DNA from: an uncultured Candidatus Saccharibacteria bacterium
GTDB taxonomy: Bacteria; Patescibacteriota; UBA1384; JAMDBS01; DAOVQR01
NCBI GenBank assembly: GCA_964481135.1
Contig: CAYZSW010000002.1
Location: 29,283 to 93,282, forward strand
Length of the DNA: 64,000 bases
Direction: 5' to 3'
Of the stretch, positions 18,377 through 28,183 are shown piece by piece (the first letter of the stretch is position 1; each line of letters starts with the position of its first letter). Position numbers and translations under genes: made by a program. The notes beneath the pieces were generated by a model. It ran no database searches. It worked only from the letters and a program-made list of their open reading frames with translations, and was not told where the DNA came from.

Positions 18377-19879
18377 ATGCAAAAAGAATACAAAACAATT
18401 AAATCAATAAGCGGACCTCTAGTTTTAGTGGATAAAACCATAGATATTAAATACGAAGAAATGGTTGAAATCGAATTACCAAGTGGCGAAAAAAGAAGAG
18501 GTAAGGTTTTAGAAATCAACGAAGACAAAGCTCTTGTACAAATGTTTGAGGGCTCATCGGAAATTCTTCCATCAGAAACTAAAGTAAAATTTTTAGGCAA
18601 AACTGCAAAAATTTCCGTTTCAGAAGAAATGCTAGGTAGAGTTTTTTCTGGAGCAGGAAAACCTATTGACGGTGGAGCTGAAATCATTGCTGACCAAGAG
18701 CTAGACATCAATGGTAACCCTTTAAATCCATATGCCAGAAATTATCCAAACGATTTTATTCAAACAGGAATTTCAACTATAGATGGATTAAATACTCTAG
18801 TTAGAGGACAAAAATTACCTATTTTTTCCGGCTCTGGTTTGCCTCACTCCCGTTTAGCTACCCAAATTGCTCGTCAAGCCAAAGTGATTGGCAAAGCCAA
18901 TCATCCTGAGCGATCCTCTGGCGGAGAGTCGAAGGATCTTAATAGAAAAGATGAAAAAGAGAAATTTGCTGTAGTATTTGCAGCTATGGGTATTACTTTT
19001 GAAGAAGCGAACTATTTTATTGAAGATTTTAAAAAAACCGGCGCTATTGAAAAATCAGTACTTTTCATTAATTTAGCAAATGATCCGGTTGTAGAGCGTA
19101 TTTCTACCCCTCGCTTGGCATTAACCTGCGCTGAATATTTAGCATATGAAAAAGGAATGCATGTGCTAGTAATATTGACTGATCTAACAAATTATTGCGA
19201 GGCTTTAAGAGAAATATCTGCAGCGCGTAAAGAGGTGCCTGGCCGTCGTGGCTATCCAGGATATTTATACACCGATCTCTCAACACTCTATGAAAGAGCT
19301 GGAAGAATCAAAGGAAAAGAAGGTTCTATTACTCAAATTCCGATTTTAACTATGCCTGAAGATGATAAAACTCATCCTATCCCAGATTTAACCGGTTACA
19401 TTACTGAAGGACAAATTATGCTTTCCCGCCAATTATACAATACCGGCGCAATGCCTCCTGTTGATGTTTTACCATCTTTATCTCGTCTAAAAGACAAGGG
19501 CATTGGTGAAGGCAAAACAAGAGAAGATCATTCTCAAGTATTGAATCAATTGTTTGCATCATACGCTAGAGGCAAAGAAGCAAAAGAGCTTGCTGTTATT
19601 CTTGGAGAAGCAGCACTTTCTGATGTTGATAAAAAATTCGTAGAATTTGCTAATCGATTTGAAAAAGAATTTGTATCGCAAGGCGAAAATGAAGATAGAA
19701 CTATTATTGAAACTCTTGATTTAGGATGGAAATTAATGAGCATTATTCCAGTTTCAGAACTTAAGCGTCTTAAACCAGATATGATCGCTAAGTATATGCC
19801 ACGGACAGAGTCCGAACGTAAAACTCAAAACGAAAAAGTTAAAACAGAAGAAAAAGAAAGAAAAAATAAATTAACCTAA
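18377..19879 (+). CDS. ntpB: V-type ATPase subunit B, with an in-frame palindromic insert
   Basis: [34 protein letters not shown]; AAAGGA RBS supports the start at 18377. Confidence 0.97.
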   Translation: MQKEYKTIKSISGPLVLVDKTIDIKYEEMVEIELPSGEKRRGKVLEINEDKALVQMFEGSSEILPSETKVKFLGKTAKISVSEEMLGRVFSGAGKPIDGGAEIIADQELDINGNPLNPYARNYPNDFIQTGISTIDGLNTLVRGQKLPIFSGSGLPHSRLATQIARQAKVIGKANHPERSSGGESKDLNRKDEKEKFAVVFAAMGITFEEANYFIEDFKKTGAIEKSVLFINLANDPVVERISTPRLALTCAEYLAYEKGMHVLVILTDLTNYCEALREISAARKEVPGRRGYPGYLYTDLSTLYERAGRIKGKEGSITQIPILTMPEDDKTHPIPDLTGYITEGQIMLSRQLYNTGAMPPVDVLPSLSRLKDKGIGEGKTREDHSQVLNQLFASYARGKEAKELAVILGEAALSDVDKKFVEFANRFEKEFVSQGENEDRTIIETLDLGWKLMSIIPVSELKRLKPDMIAKYMPRTESERKTQNEKVKTEEKERKNKLT

Positions 19880-20047
19880 TTAATCTAATTTCCCCGCCTG
19901 CCAATCGCTTGAAGCGATAGCTAATGGCGGGCAGGTAATTAACCTAAATAAGTTCCAATATTCAATGACTAAATAAAAATATTTTTAAGAAATTAGGATT
20001 TAAGATTTATTTAGAATAATTAGGTTAATTAGAGCAATTAGAAATTT
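19869..20047. repeat. 9-nt periodic inverted element with a nested CCCGCCTGCC...GGCGGGCAGG hairpin
   Basis: ttaacctaa ttaatctaa ... ttaggttaa ttagagcaa ttagaaatt; related arm at 61805-61843. Confidence 0.7.
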
Positions 20048-20113
20048 TAATAAAATTTATTATTAGATTAAAATTATCAATTTAAAAACAAATGGTATTA
20101 AAGGAAACATAGT

Positions 20114-20752
20114 ATGAAACTAAAGGTTAACCCAACCCGTATGGAACTACTGCGCTTAAAACGTCGTCTTAAAATTGCTCAAAAAGGCCACAAACTTTTA
20201 AAAGAAAAACGAGACGGTCTTATGAAAGAATTCATGGAAATAATCAAACTTGCTCAGAAAACAAGAGAGGAAATGGAACAAAAGCTTTCAATTTCATTTA
20301 AAGCATATGTTATTGCAGCTTCAAACACCAACAAGCAAGCACTTAAAACTGCCTCTATTCTTCCATCACAAAAAATTAACCTTAAATTCACTACAAAAAA
20401 TGTTATGAGCGTTCAAATTCCAAAGATCCAAATAGAAAGATCTGGCAATTGGCTTTCTTATGGATTTTACGATACATCTGGTGAACTCGATAGAGCTATT
20501 GAGAATCTACAAGATGTTGTTGAAGTTATGATAAAACTTGCAGAAATTGAAAAAGGATCACAGCTTATGGCGGCAGAAATAGAAAAAACCCGTCGTAGAG
20601 TTAATGCACTTGAACATGTTATGATTCCAAACCTAAAAGAAACCATCAAATATATCCAGATGAAACTTTCTGAACAAGAAAGATCTACGATAACTACAAC
20701 TATGATAGTTAAAGAAATAATCCAGCAACAAGAACAAAATATTTCTAATTGA
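20114..20752 (+). CDS. ntpD: V-type ATPase subunit D
   Basis: VNPTRMEL, GHKLLK.KRD, KTRRRVNALEH..IP. Confidence 0.96.
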   Translation: MKLKVNPTRMELLRLKRRLKIAQKGHKLLKEKRDGLMKEFMEIIKLAQKTREEMEQKLSISFKAYVIAASNTNKQALKTASILPSQKINLKFTTKNVMSVQIPKIQIERSGNWLSYGFYDTSGELDRAIENLQDVVEVMIKLAEIEKGSQLMAAEIEKTRRRVNALEHVMIPNLKETIKYIQMKLSEQERSTITTTMIVKEIIQQQEQNISN

Positions 20753-20870
20753 CAATCTTTTTAGCTAATTATAAGATAAATACATACATTGATAAAAAAT
20801 TCACATTAGATAATGTGAATTTTAATTTTTAGCTCTTTAACAAATTTTTATGAAAGCGAAGGTGAAAATT

Positions 20871-22496
20871 ATGGCAACCACCATATTCGAAGTTCTAGGT
20901 GGACTTATGCTATTTTTGTTTGGAATAAACTTTATGGAAAAAGGCCTAAAAAGTTTTTCACCCCATAAAACAAAGAAAATCCTTAAACTATTCACAAAAA
21001 ATAAAGTTTTTGGAATGTTCACAGGATTAAGTGTCACAGCAATCATCCAAAGTTCTTCCGCAACGACTGTAATGTTAGTTGGACTGGTTAGCGCCGGCAT
21101 GATAGCATTCGAGGCAACTTTGCCAGTGATACTAGGGGCTAATATCGGCACCACAATTACTGCGCAACTAATCGCATTTAAATTAACAAAATATTCCTTG
21201 ATGATTGTTAGTTTTGGTGGTTTATTTTTGATTTTTTTATCAAAAAATGAAAAACTAAAACAATTTGGACAAATTGTGTTTGGATTTGGTATGCTTTTTC
21301 ATGGCTTAAATATTATGGCAAGTTCAATGAAAGCATACGAAAATGCCGAATATGTTAGACAACTCTTTATAAGTTTTGGCCAATATCCAATTTACGCTGT
21401 TCTACTAGGAATAATCGCAACTGTAATGTTTCAGTCAAGCAGTGTTACAATTGGTATTACCATAACGCTTGCATCAACTGGATTTATCCCAATAGAAAGT
21501 GCTGTGCCAATAATTCTAGGTGAAAATATTGGAACCTGCATTACTGCAATACTAGCCAGTATTAATAAAAAGACACCAGCCAAAAGAGTAGCATACTCTC
21601 ATGCGCTCTTTAATACTATTGGCGTAATAATTGCTCTGTGTTTTCTGCAATATTTTGTTAGATTCGCAACTTGGAGCTCAACAAATATTGCCAGACAAAT
21701 TGCTAACACCCACACATTCTTTAATATTTGTATTACATTGCTATTTTTACCTTTTACTGATTATTTTGCATTATTAGTAAAAAAAATATTGCCGGAAAAA
21801 GATTTAGAAGATGATGCGTCAAAACCAAAATATCTAGATGATAATCTTCTAGAAACTCCCTCTCTGGCTATAACTGCCATAACATACGAAATTTCAAGAA
21901 TTCTTGAAATAACACAAACTATGATTGATATTGTATATAAATCGATTGAATCCAAAGACCCCGCAGATCTTGCAAAAATAGAAATAATCGAAGAAAACGC
22001 AGATAATCTACAAAAAACAGTAATTGAGTATTTAGTTAAACTAAATGCCAAAAAACTTGACGAAAACCAAGCAAATATTGCAACTGCTCTTTCTCGCCTG
22101 GTAAATGACGCCGAAAGATCAGCAGACAAAGGATTCAATCTGTCCAAACTCACTCAAAGACTTATTAATAATCAATTAACTTTAAGCGATCAAGCATGTG
22201 ATGAACTAAAAAACATTTACGAAAAAATATCACAAATGGTTGACACTACACAAAAGGCATTTAGAGATTCAGAATACGACCTTACTAAAAAAATATATTT
22301 ACTTGAAAATGAAATAAACTATCTCGTAAGAGAGTATAATGACGCTCATATGACACGACTTTGCTCAGGAATATGTCAACCTGAAGCTGGCTATATTTTC
22401 ACAGAAATCCTCGAACAATTTGAAAAAATTGGCGATGATATGAATAACTTCGCTGATGCCATAAAAGAAAAAATTGCACCACATAACAATCAATAG
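20871..22496 (+). CDS. Na/Pi cotransporter family protein with PhoU-like C-terminus
   Basis: Two QSSS repeats, G(A/E)NIGT twice, IANTHTFFN. Confidence 0.93.
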   Translation: MATTIFEVLGGLMLFLFGINFMEKGLKSFSPHKTKKILKLFTKNKVFGMFTGLSVTAIIQSSSATTVMLVGLVSAGMIAFEATLPVILGANIGTTITAQLIAFKLTKYSLMIVSFGGLFLIFLSKNEKLKQFGQIVFGFGMLFHGLNIMASSMKAYENAEYVRQLFISFGQYPIYAVLLGIIATVMFQSSSVTIGITITLASTGFIPIESAVPIILGENIGTCITAILASINKKTPAKRVAYSHALFNTIGVIIALCFLQYFVRFATWSSTNIARQIANTHTFFNICITLLFLPFTDYFALLVKKILPEKDLEDDASKPKYLDDNLLETPSLAITAITYEISRILEITQTMIDIVYKSIESKDPADLAKIEIIEENADNLQKTVIEYLVKLNAKKLDENQANIATALSRLVNDAERSADKGFNLSKLTQRLINNQLTLSDQACDELKNIYEKISQMVDTTQKAFRDSEYDLTKKIYLLENEINYLVREYNDAHMTRLCSGICQPEAGYIFTEILEQFEKIGDDMNNFADAIKEKIAPHNNQ

Positions 22497-22516
22497 GTGC
22501 ACATAATCATAAAACT

Positions 22517-22543
22517 TAAAACCGACCCCCGTGGTCGGTTTTT
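22517..22543. terminator. Bidirectional intrinsic terminator
   Basis: aaaaccgacc-loop-ggtcggtttttt between convergent genes. Confidence 0.7.
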
Positions 22544-22559
22544 TACTTCTGCCCCCCCC

Positions 22560-22668
22560 CTGACACCTCTGACACTTTTGACACCTTTGATACTTTATTT
22601 TTAACACTTTATTTTTGACACCTCTGACACCTCTGATACTTTATTTTTGATACTTCTGACACTTTATT
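22560..22668. repeat. 9-nt tandem repeat tract (TGACACCTC/TGATACTTT)
   Basis: About 10 degenerate units visible directly. Confidence 0.85.
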
Positions 22669-22669
22669 C

Positions 22670-23605
22670 CTACGGTTTTTCCAAAGTAACATTAATAACA
22701 CCCGTACCAAGAGAAGCTAATTGACCGAATGCATCTGCCGATAAATCAATAATTGCACCTGATTTAATTCCTCTGTCTACAATTTTCACTCTAACACTTT
22801 TGCCATTGCTGGCTCTCACTATAACCTCAGAACCCATGGGCAAAGTATTATGTGCTGCAGTATTACCAGAAATTTGCCTATACCATGTGGCTCTACCAGT
22901 TCCAAGTATTGTAATTTTTGTTCCCTCTAAAATTACTCTATCTTCCACTTCTCTAATAATTTCTGTACTAACCAATTTTCTAGAAATCTCAATACCATTT
23001 TCTCTAGTAATATTATATATTAATTTTTTTTTACCTTTTCTGCCAGTTTGTGATATTTTTGTTACTCCCCTTTCAAGGTTTGGGTCCTTTTTTGTAACTG
23101 TTTTATAATCAATATCTTCGTATTCAAAATCACTACCAGATAAAACTCGTGTAATTTTTATTTCCATATCAAAACTTAAATTCTGATCCAAATTCACACT
23201 TATCTTGTCTTTATCCCCTACCTCAATTCCCACTTCCTCAAATAATTCAGAAACTTTAGCTTTCCAAGTTCGATAAACCTGTTCTTTTCTAGCATCAATA
23301 ACTTTTACAGGTGTTGCTCTAGTAATGGTTAAAATAGAACCCAATCCAAATTTCGGATCTGGAAACACCTCTACCCTATCCTCTGTAAAAACTTCTACAT
23401 CTAAACTTTCTATCATCTCATTTAAACTAAAAAGTCCGCTCGGTGTAAAGTAAGTTTCTTCTAAATAATCTATTTCACCTATTGTTACAACTTTTTTATT
23501 AGCATTGTCAGATATTGATAAGTTTTGATTTTGGCCAGTAACCCTTTTAGAACATATCACAAAACTGACAACTAAAATTGAAATTATAATTATAATTTTC
23601 TTCAT
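22670..23605 (-). CDS. G5 domain protein with DUF348-like and DPBB/RlpA-like domains (YabE/RpfB-like cell wall enzyme)
   Basis: Signal peptide, G5 pattern (K.SQTG.KG.K...Y), GRATWY, AAH..LP.GS, I.DRG, IIDLS..AF. Confidence 0.85.
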   Translation of the reverse strand: MKKIIIIISILVVSFVICSKRVTGQNQNLSISDNANKKVVTIGEIDYLEETYFTPSGLFSLNEMIESLDVEVFTEDRVEVFPDPKFGLGSILTITRATPVKVIDARKEQVYRTWKAKVSELFEEVGIEVGDKDKISVNLDQNLSFDMEIKITRVLSGSDFEYEDIDYKTVTKKDPNLERGVTKISQTGRKGKKKLIYNITRENGIEISRKLVSTEIIREVEDRVILEGTKITILGTGRATWYRQISGNTAAHNTLPMGSEVIVRASNGKSVRVKIVDRGIKSGAIIDLSADAFGQLASLGTGVINVTLEKP

Positions 23606-23873
23606 CTTTTTTGATTATATTAAAGCCACAAAGTGTGTCAATTGTTGATAAGTTCTTGTTTAGTCAAAACAAAAATGCTTGCCCAGTAGTGAACCATAGG
23701 TTCTACTACTGGGGTGAATAACTCTGCCTAACCATAAATAATAATCATACTCGCTCCGTACATGAAAGTTCTGTAATAACGCTATGTAATAAATTACAGA
23801 AATGATTTGCGCTGAGGTTAATAAATTTATTTTTATTACACACTACTAAACTATCAACTAATCGATCAAATTA

Positions 23874-23903
23874 TTGACATACAACGTAATTTTAATATAT
23901 AAT
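23874..23903 (+). promoter_or_regulatory. Consensus sigma70 promoter
   Basis: TTGACA-18 nt-TATAAT. Confidence 0.65.
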
Positions 23904-24134
23904 AATTAATAATTAAAAAAGTTCCTTAAAAAGCCGGTGGCTTTTTTAAGATTATCCTAGATGAAAGGAGGGTAGTTTTTCCCAAAAACCAAAGGACTCA
24001 AGCACAAGCAACAAAGGAACATGTGCGCGAGTCCTTTTTAAATTACCAAACTCTTGATTTAATCTAATTCATTTGCTACACTAACTACTTGCTTTATTAT
24101 ATAGCAAATTAACATATTAAAAGGAGGTGAAACA

Positions 24135-24308
24135 ATGATTTTAAGATATAACAAGCACTTAGAAGAAATTCGAGTGTTTTTGTCGAATCTTTCAGAAAAA
24201 CAAAAAAAAGAAAAGAAAGATTTGGCAAAAAAAGAAAAGCATGATCGGTCGGATTATTCAGATCATATCGACCGCATGACAGGTCCTAGATCTGTCGAAA
24301 GATTTTAA
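24135..24308 (+). CDS. Small charged hypothetical protein (57 aa), below the ORF-track cutoff
   Basis: AAGGAGGTG RBS 5 nt before ATG; MILRYNKHLEEIRVFL...PRSVERF*; followed by a terminator. Confidence 0.7.
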   Translation: MILRYNKHLEEIRVFLSNLSEKQKKEKKDLAKKEKHDRSDYSDHIDRMTGPRSVERF

Positions 24309-24322
24309 ACTAAACATCACAA

Positions 24323-24358
24323 ACCGCGTGAGTACGATTCACGCGGTCTTTTTTTTAC
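24323..24358 (+). terminator. Intrinsic terminator
   Basis: accgcgtga-loop-tcacgcggt followed by a T run. Confidence 0.8.
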
Positions 24359-24499
24359 CCAAAATCAGTATTTTTAAAAAAGAAAAATTAGATTCTTCGA
24401 CTACGCTCAGAATGACACTAAAATATAACATCATTATATCTAAATCTTTAGATTTGAGTTATAGTTATTAGTTTTAAGTTTTAAGATTTTAGTTTTAAA

Positions 24500-27400
24500 C
24501 TATTTACTTGTCTGAGTTTTCTTTAAATATTCCATCACTTCTTGATATTTTTCATCCGTTATCTTTTGATATTCCTTAAGTATCTCAAGCACATCAGTTA
24601 ATTTTAAAAGTGATGTAAGCTTATATCCTTTTTTCGCCAAATTCTTACCCCCTCCCTGTTCTCTATCTAATACTACAACTACATCTTTAACCTTCATCCC
24701 AGCTTTTTTCATTGGCTCAATATTCTCAAACTTACTTCCACCATCTGTAATCATATCATCAATAATAATACATCTATCGCCTTTTTTATAAACTCCTTCT
24801 ATTTTTCTACCCGTACCATAAGATTTAGTTTCTCGTCTGGCATAAATCATTGGTTTATTTAAAATCCTTGACATATGAACTGTAATTGGAAGTGCTGTAT
24901 ATGGAACACCTGCCATAATATCAAACTTAATATTTTTTACTAGATTTGTCATTTCTTTGGCAATTTGTTCCATTAAATCTGGGTAAGAAACTAGCGGTCT
25001 TAAATCAATGTAAATTGGTGATTTAAGTCCTGACTTTAAAGTAAAATTACCAAATTTAATTGCTTCTTTGCTAAATAAATCTAGTACTAATTTTGCGGTT
25101 TTATGTTTATTAATTTCATCACGCAATTGTTTGGTTTTTATTCTAGAAGCTTGGGCAAAATCTTTGCCACTTGATGCATAAATAATACCACGAGCAGAAT
25201 TTATTATCATTCCAAAACCTTCGGAATTCATTCCATTTTGTACCACTTCTGCCACAGATCCACCCTGCTTACCAACTCCTGGAACTAAGAATTCCATATC
25301 TGGTGCTGCTTGACGAATTTCAGCTAACTCCTCTGGATATGTTGCGCCTGCTACCATTAAAAGATTGCCATTAGTATTCCACTGGTCTCTTACTTTTTCG
25401 AGCATGTGCATATAAACCGGTTTACCATTTACATCTTTTATATCTTGAATATCACGCGCACCAGGATTTGATGAACGAACCACCACTATAACACCTTTAT
25501 CCTTATACTTAGCAAACGGTTCAATACAATCATGCCCCATATAACCATTTACAGTTGAAGCATCAAAACCGAATGTTTCAAAAATCGCCTTAGCATATGC
25601 CTCATTAGTATTGCCAATATCACCCCTTTTAGCATCAACAATAATTGGTACACCTTTTTTGTGAGCATATTCCACTGTTTTTTTCAGAGCATCTAAAGTT
25701 TCATCTGCCTCATAAAAAGCAAAATTTGGTTTATAGGCACATACTAAATCAGCTGTGGCATCAATAACAGCTTTATTAAATTGATACACTCCTTGTGAAT
25801 TTTTAGCTAACCCTTCTGGTAATTTACTAATTGATGTGTCGAGCCCCACACAAACCATTGAATTATTCTCTCTTTGTTTTTTCCTAAGCATTTCTAAAAA
25901 TGTCATATTTTTCCTTTCTTCCCCCCTGCCCGCCATCGCAAGCCTAACTTGCTCGCTTACACACCTACGAGGTGAAAGAAGTTCCACTCCTCGTAGGTGG
26001 TTTACGATTATATTTGTATTTAATTCTAATGTTCCTCTTAATTTATTAATATCATCAATATTATTATTGTGTAAATATTCTTCTATTCCTTTAACAATTT
26101 CTTGCGTAATCTTTGGGTTCAAATAATTAGCAGTTCCAACAGATACTGCAGTTGCTCCAGCCACAATAAACTCTAAAGCATCTTGCGCATTTGATATTCC
26201 ACCCATGGCAATAATTGGTATTTTTACTGCTTGATAAACCTGATGAACCATTCTTAATGCCACCGGTTTTACAGCTGGACCCGATAATCCCCCGGTATTA
26301 TTGGTTAAAATCGGTTTTCTCTGATCCAGATTAATTGCCATTCCCATTAAAGTATTAATAAGTGATACAACATCAGCACCACCATCTTCTGCTGCCTTTG
26401 CACAGGCCTTAATATCTGTCACATTAGGAGAAAGTTTCACAATAATTGGTTTATTTGTTACTTGCCGAATTTTTTGAGTCACGAGTTTAATCTCGTATGG
26501 ATCAGTTCCAATTGCCATACCAGTATGCACATTTGGACAGGAAAAATTCAATTCCAAATAATCAATTTTTTTTTCTTTATCTAGTATCTTTGCAAGTTGA
26601 ATATATTCTTTTGAATCTTTACCGGCAATCGATATAATAAGCGGTAAAAAAACCTTATTCACACCTACGAGGTGTGAACTTCTTTCACCTCGTAGATGAA
26701 TAAGTTTTGGCAATTCATTTTTAATAAAATCTTTTACCCCAGAATTTTTGAGCCCTACAGCATTTAGCATTCCACCTTCAACTTTTATCATTGTCGGCGG
26801 CTTATGTCCCTCTCGAGGTTCAAGCGTAATAGTTTTGCAAGTTAAGGCGCCAAGTTTTTTTTCATTAAGATTTTTCGAACTTGGCCAATCTACTCCATAA
26901 GTACCCGATGCAGTGGTTACCGGATTTTGCCAAGTTATCCCCGCAATCTCAACTGATAAATTTGGTTTATTTTTCATTATAAATTTAACTTCCTTGCCTT
27001 TTACCTTATCAAAAATTCTACCTCTGTCAAATACAACATTTCCATTTACGATTGTCATGATTGGCCAACCCTTTAATTTTTTGTCAACGAATGGACTCCA
27101 CCCGCATTTTGTATAAAGTTTTTGATTATTTACTTTTTTAATTAAATTCAAATCAATTATTGTTAAATCAGCATCATTTCCAATTTTTACTTCACCCTTA
27201 TTTTTAATCCCAAATATTTTCACAGAATTTTTACAAATTAAATCAATAATTTTATTTAATGATATTTTCTTTTTGTTATAAGCATCTAATAAAAGTGGCA
27301 ACATTGTTTCTACGCCAGGAACTCCAAAAGGACTGTCATCTTTTGTTTTTTCTTCCCTGGTATGAGGCGCGTGATCTGTTCCAATTGTATCAACTATCCC

Positions 27401-28183
27401 CTCATCAATCGCCTGCCAAAGCGCTTTTTGATCCTCTTTTGTTTTAAGTGACGGTTTCATCTTCACAAAATTATTTTCATCTTTTTGAGTTAAAAATAAA
27501 TGGTGCGGTGTTACTTCTACAAATAATTTGCCTGCTTTACGCAACCTTTGTGCAATAGAATTATTTCTAATGTAATCTATCTCGTTTTTTGATGAAATAT
27601 GACATAAATATAAGCAAGTTCCTGTTATTTTAGTTAAGTTGATTGCTTTTTTCACCATCTCACCTTCTGCATGCACAGCTACCATTCTAGAATTTTTCCA
27701 AATTTCTAGTAAAGTATAATCATCTTCAATCATCATTTTTCCGGTTGAAAGATTCATGAAAACTTTAGTTGCAGCAACATTTTTAACTGTTTGAATTGCA
27801 TCAATATTATCCATGCTCGAACCAAAATAAAATCCATAGTTTACCAAACTTTTTTCCGATGATATTTTTCGCTTATTTTTTAGGTCATCTAATAATAACA
27901 TTGGTGGATTATTATTGGGCATATCAAGCACTGTTGTAATTCCTCCTGTAACTGCAGCTTTTGAACCGCTTTGCCAATCCTCTTTATAACTATCCAAAAA
28001 ATCGCGAAAATGAACATGCGAGTCAATAATTCCTGGTAAAATAACCTTGCCATTTAAATTAATAGTTCTATTTGCATAAGATAATTTTTTATTTATATCA
28101 AAAATTTTTCCATCTTTAATTTGGATGTTTATTTTTTTTAGCCCCTCCATCCAAACATAACCTCCCACTAGATTGGTTTTCAT
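24500..28183 (-). CDS. Four-domain fusion: dihydroorotase + dihydroorotate dehydrogenase (family 1) + OMP decarboxylase + orotate phosphoribosyltransferase
   Basis: PyrC: DSHVHFR, EVTPHHL, TDHAPH. PyrD: ASGT, NFSCPN, KLSPN, GGLSG. PyrF: CVGLD, KPN.AFYE, DAKRGDIGNT. PyrE: FTLKSG..SP.YIDLR, IIDDMIT.GGS. Confidence 0.93.
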   Translation of the reverse strand: MKTNLVGGYVWMEGLKKINIQIKDGKIFDINKKLSYANRTINLNGKVILPGIIDSHVHFRDFLDSYKEDWQSGSKAAVTGGITTVLDMPNNNPPMLLLDDLKNKRKISSEKSLVNYGFYFGSSMDNIDAIQTVKNVAATKVFMNLSTGKMMIEDDYTLLEIWKNSRMVAVHAEGEMVKKAINLTKITGTCLYLCHISSKNEIDYIRNNSIAQRLRKAGKLFVEVTPHHLFLTQKDENNFVKMKPSLKTKEDQKALWQAIDEGIVDTIGTDHAPHTREEKTKDDSPFGVPGVETMLPLLLDAYNKKKISLNKIIDLICKNSVKIFGIKNKGEVKIGNDADLTIIDLNLIKKVNNQKLYTKCGWSPFVDKKLKGWPIMTIVNGNVVFDRGRIFDKVKGKEVKFIMKNKPNLSVEIAGITWQNPVTTASGTYGVDWPSSKNLNEKKLGALTCKTITLEPREGHKPPTMIKVEGGMLNAVGLKNSGVKDFIKNELPKLIHLRGERSSHLVGVNKVFLPLIISIAGKDSKEYIQLAKILDKEKKIDYLELNFSCPNVHTGMAIGTDPYEIKLVTQKIRQVTNKPIIVKLSPNVTDIKACAKAAEDGGADVVSLINTLMGMAINLDQRKPILTNNTGGLSGPAVKPVALRMVHQVYQAVKIPIIAMGGISNAQDALEFIVAGATAVSVGTANYLNPKITQEIVKGIEEYLHNNNIDDINKLRGTLELNTNIIVNHLRGVELLSPRRCVSEQVRLAMAGRGEERKNMTFLEMLRKKQRENNSMVCVGLDTSISKLPEGLAKNSQGVYQFNKAVIDATADLVCAYKPNFAFYEADETLDALKKTVEYAHKKGVPIIVDAKRGDIGNTNEAYAKAIFETFGFDASTVNGYMGHDCIEPFAKYKDKGVIVVVRSSNPGARDIQDIKDVNGKPVYMHMLEKVRDQWNTNGNLLMVAGATYPEELAEIRQAAPDMEFLVPGVGKQGGSVAEVVQNGMNSEGFGMIINSARGIIYASSGKDFAQASRIKTKQLRDEINKHKTAKLVLDLFSKEAIKFGNFTLKSGLKSPIYIDLRPLVSYPDLMEQIAKEMTNLVKNIKFDIMAGVPYTALPITVHMSRILNKPMIYARRETKSYGTGRKIEGVYKKGDRCIIIDDMITDGGSKFENIEPMKKAGMKVKDVVVVLDREQGGGKNLAKKGYKLTSLLKLTDVLEILKEYQKITDEKYQEVMEYLKKTQTSK
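25961..26000. repeat. CACCTACGAGGTG REP-like doublet, in frame in the PyrD-PyrF linker
   Basis: Near-identical to the reverse complement of 26661-26698. Confidence 0.85.
26661..26698. repeat. CACCTACGAGGTG REP-like doublet, in frame in the PyrD domain
   Basis: Encodes HLRGERSSHLVG between ELPKL and PLIISIAG. Confidence 0.85.

Noticed and set aside
22560-22668. Possible CRISPR array
   Set aside because: Units are about 9 nt and degenerate, there are no unique spacers, and no cas genes are in the window.
23640-23830. c-di-AMP riboswitch upstream of the G5/DPBB gene
   Set aside because: Only a simple hairpin (23682-23714) is visible; I could not find the conserved riboswitch motifs.
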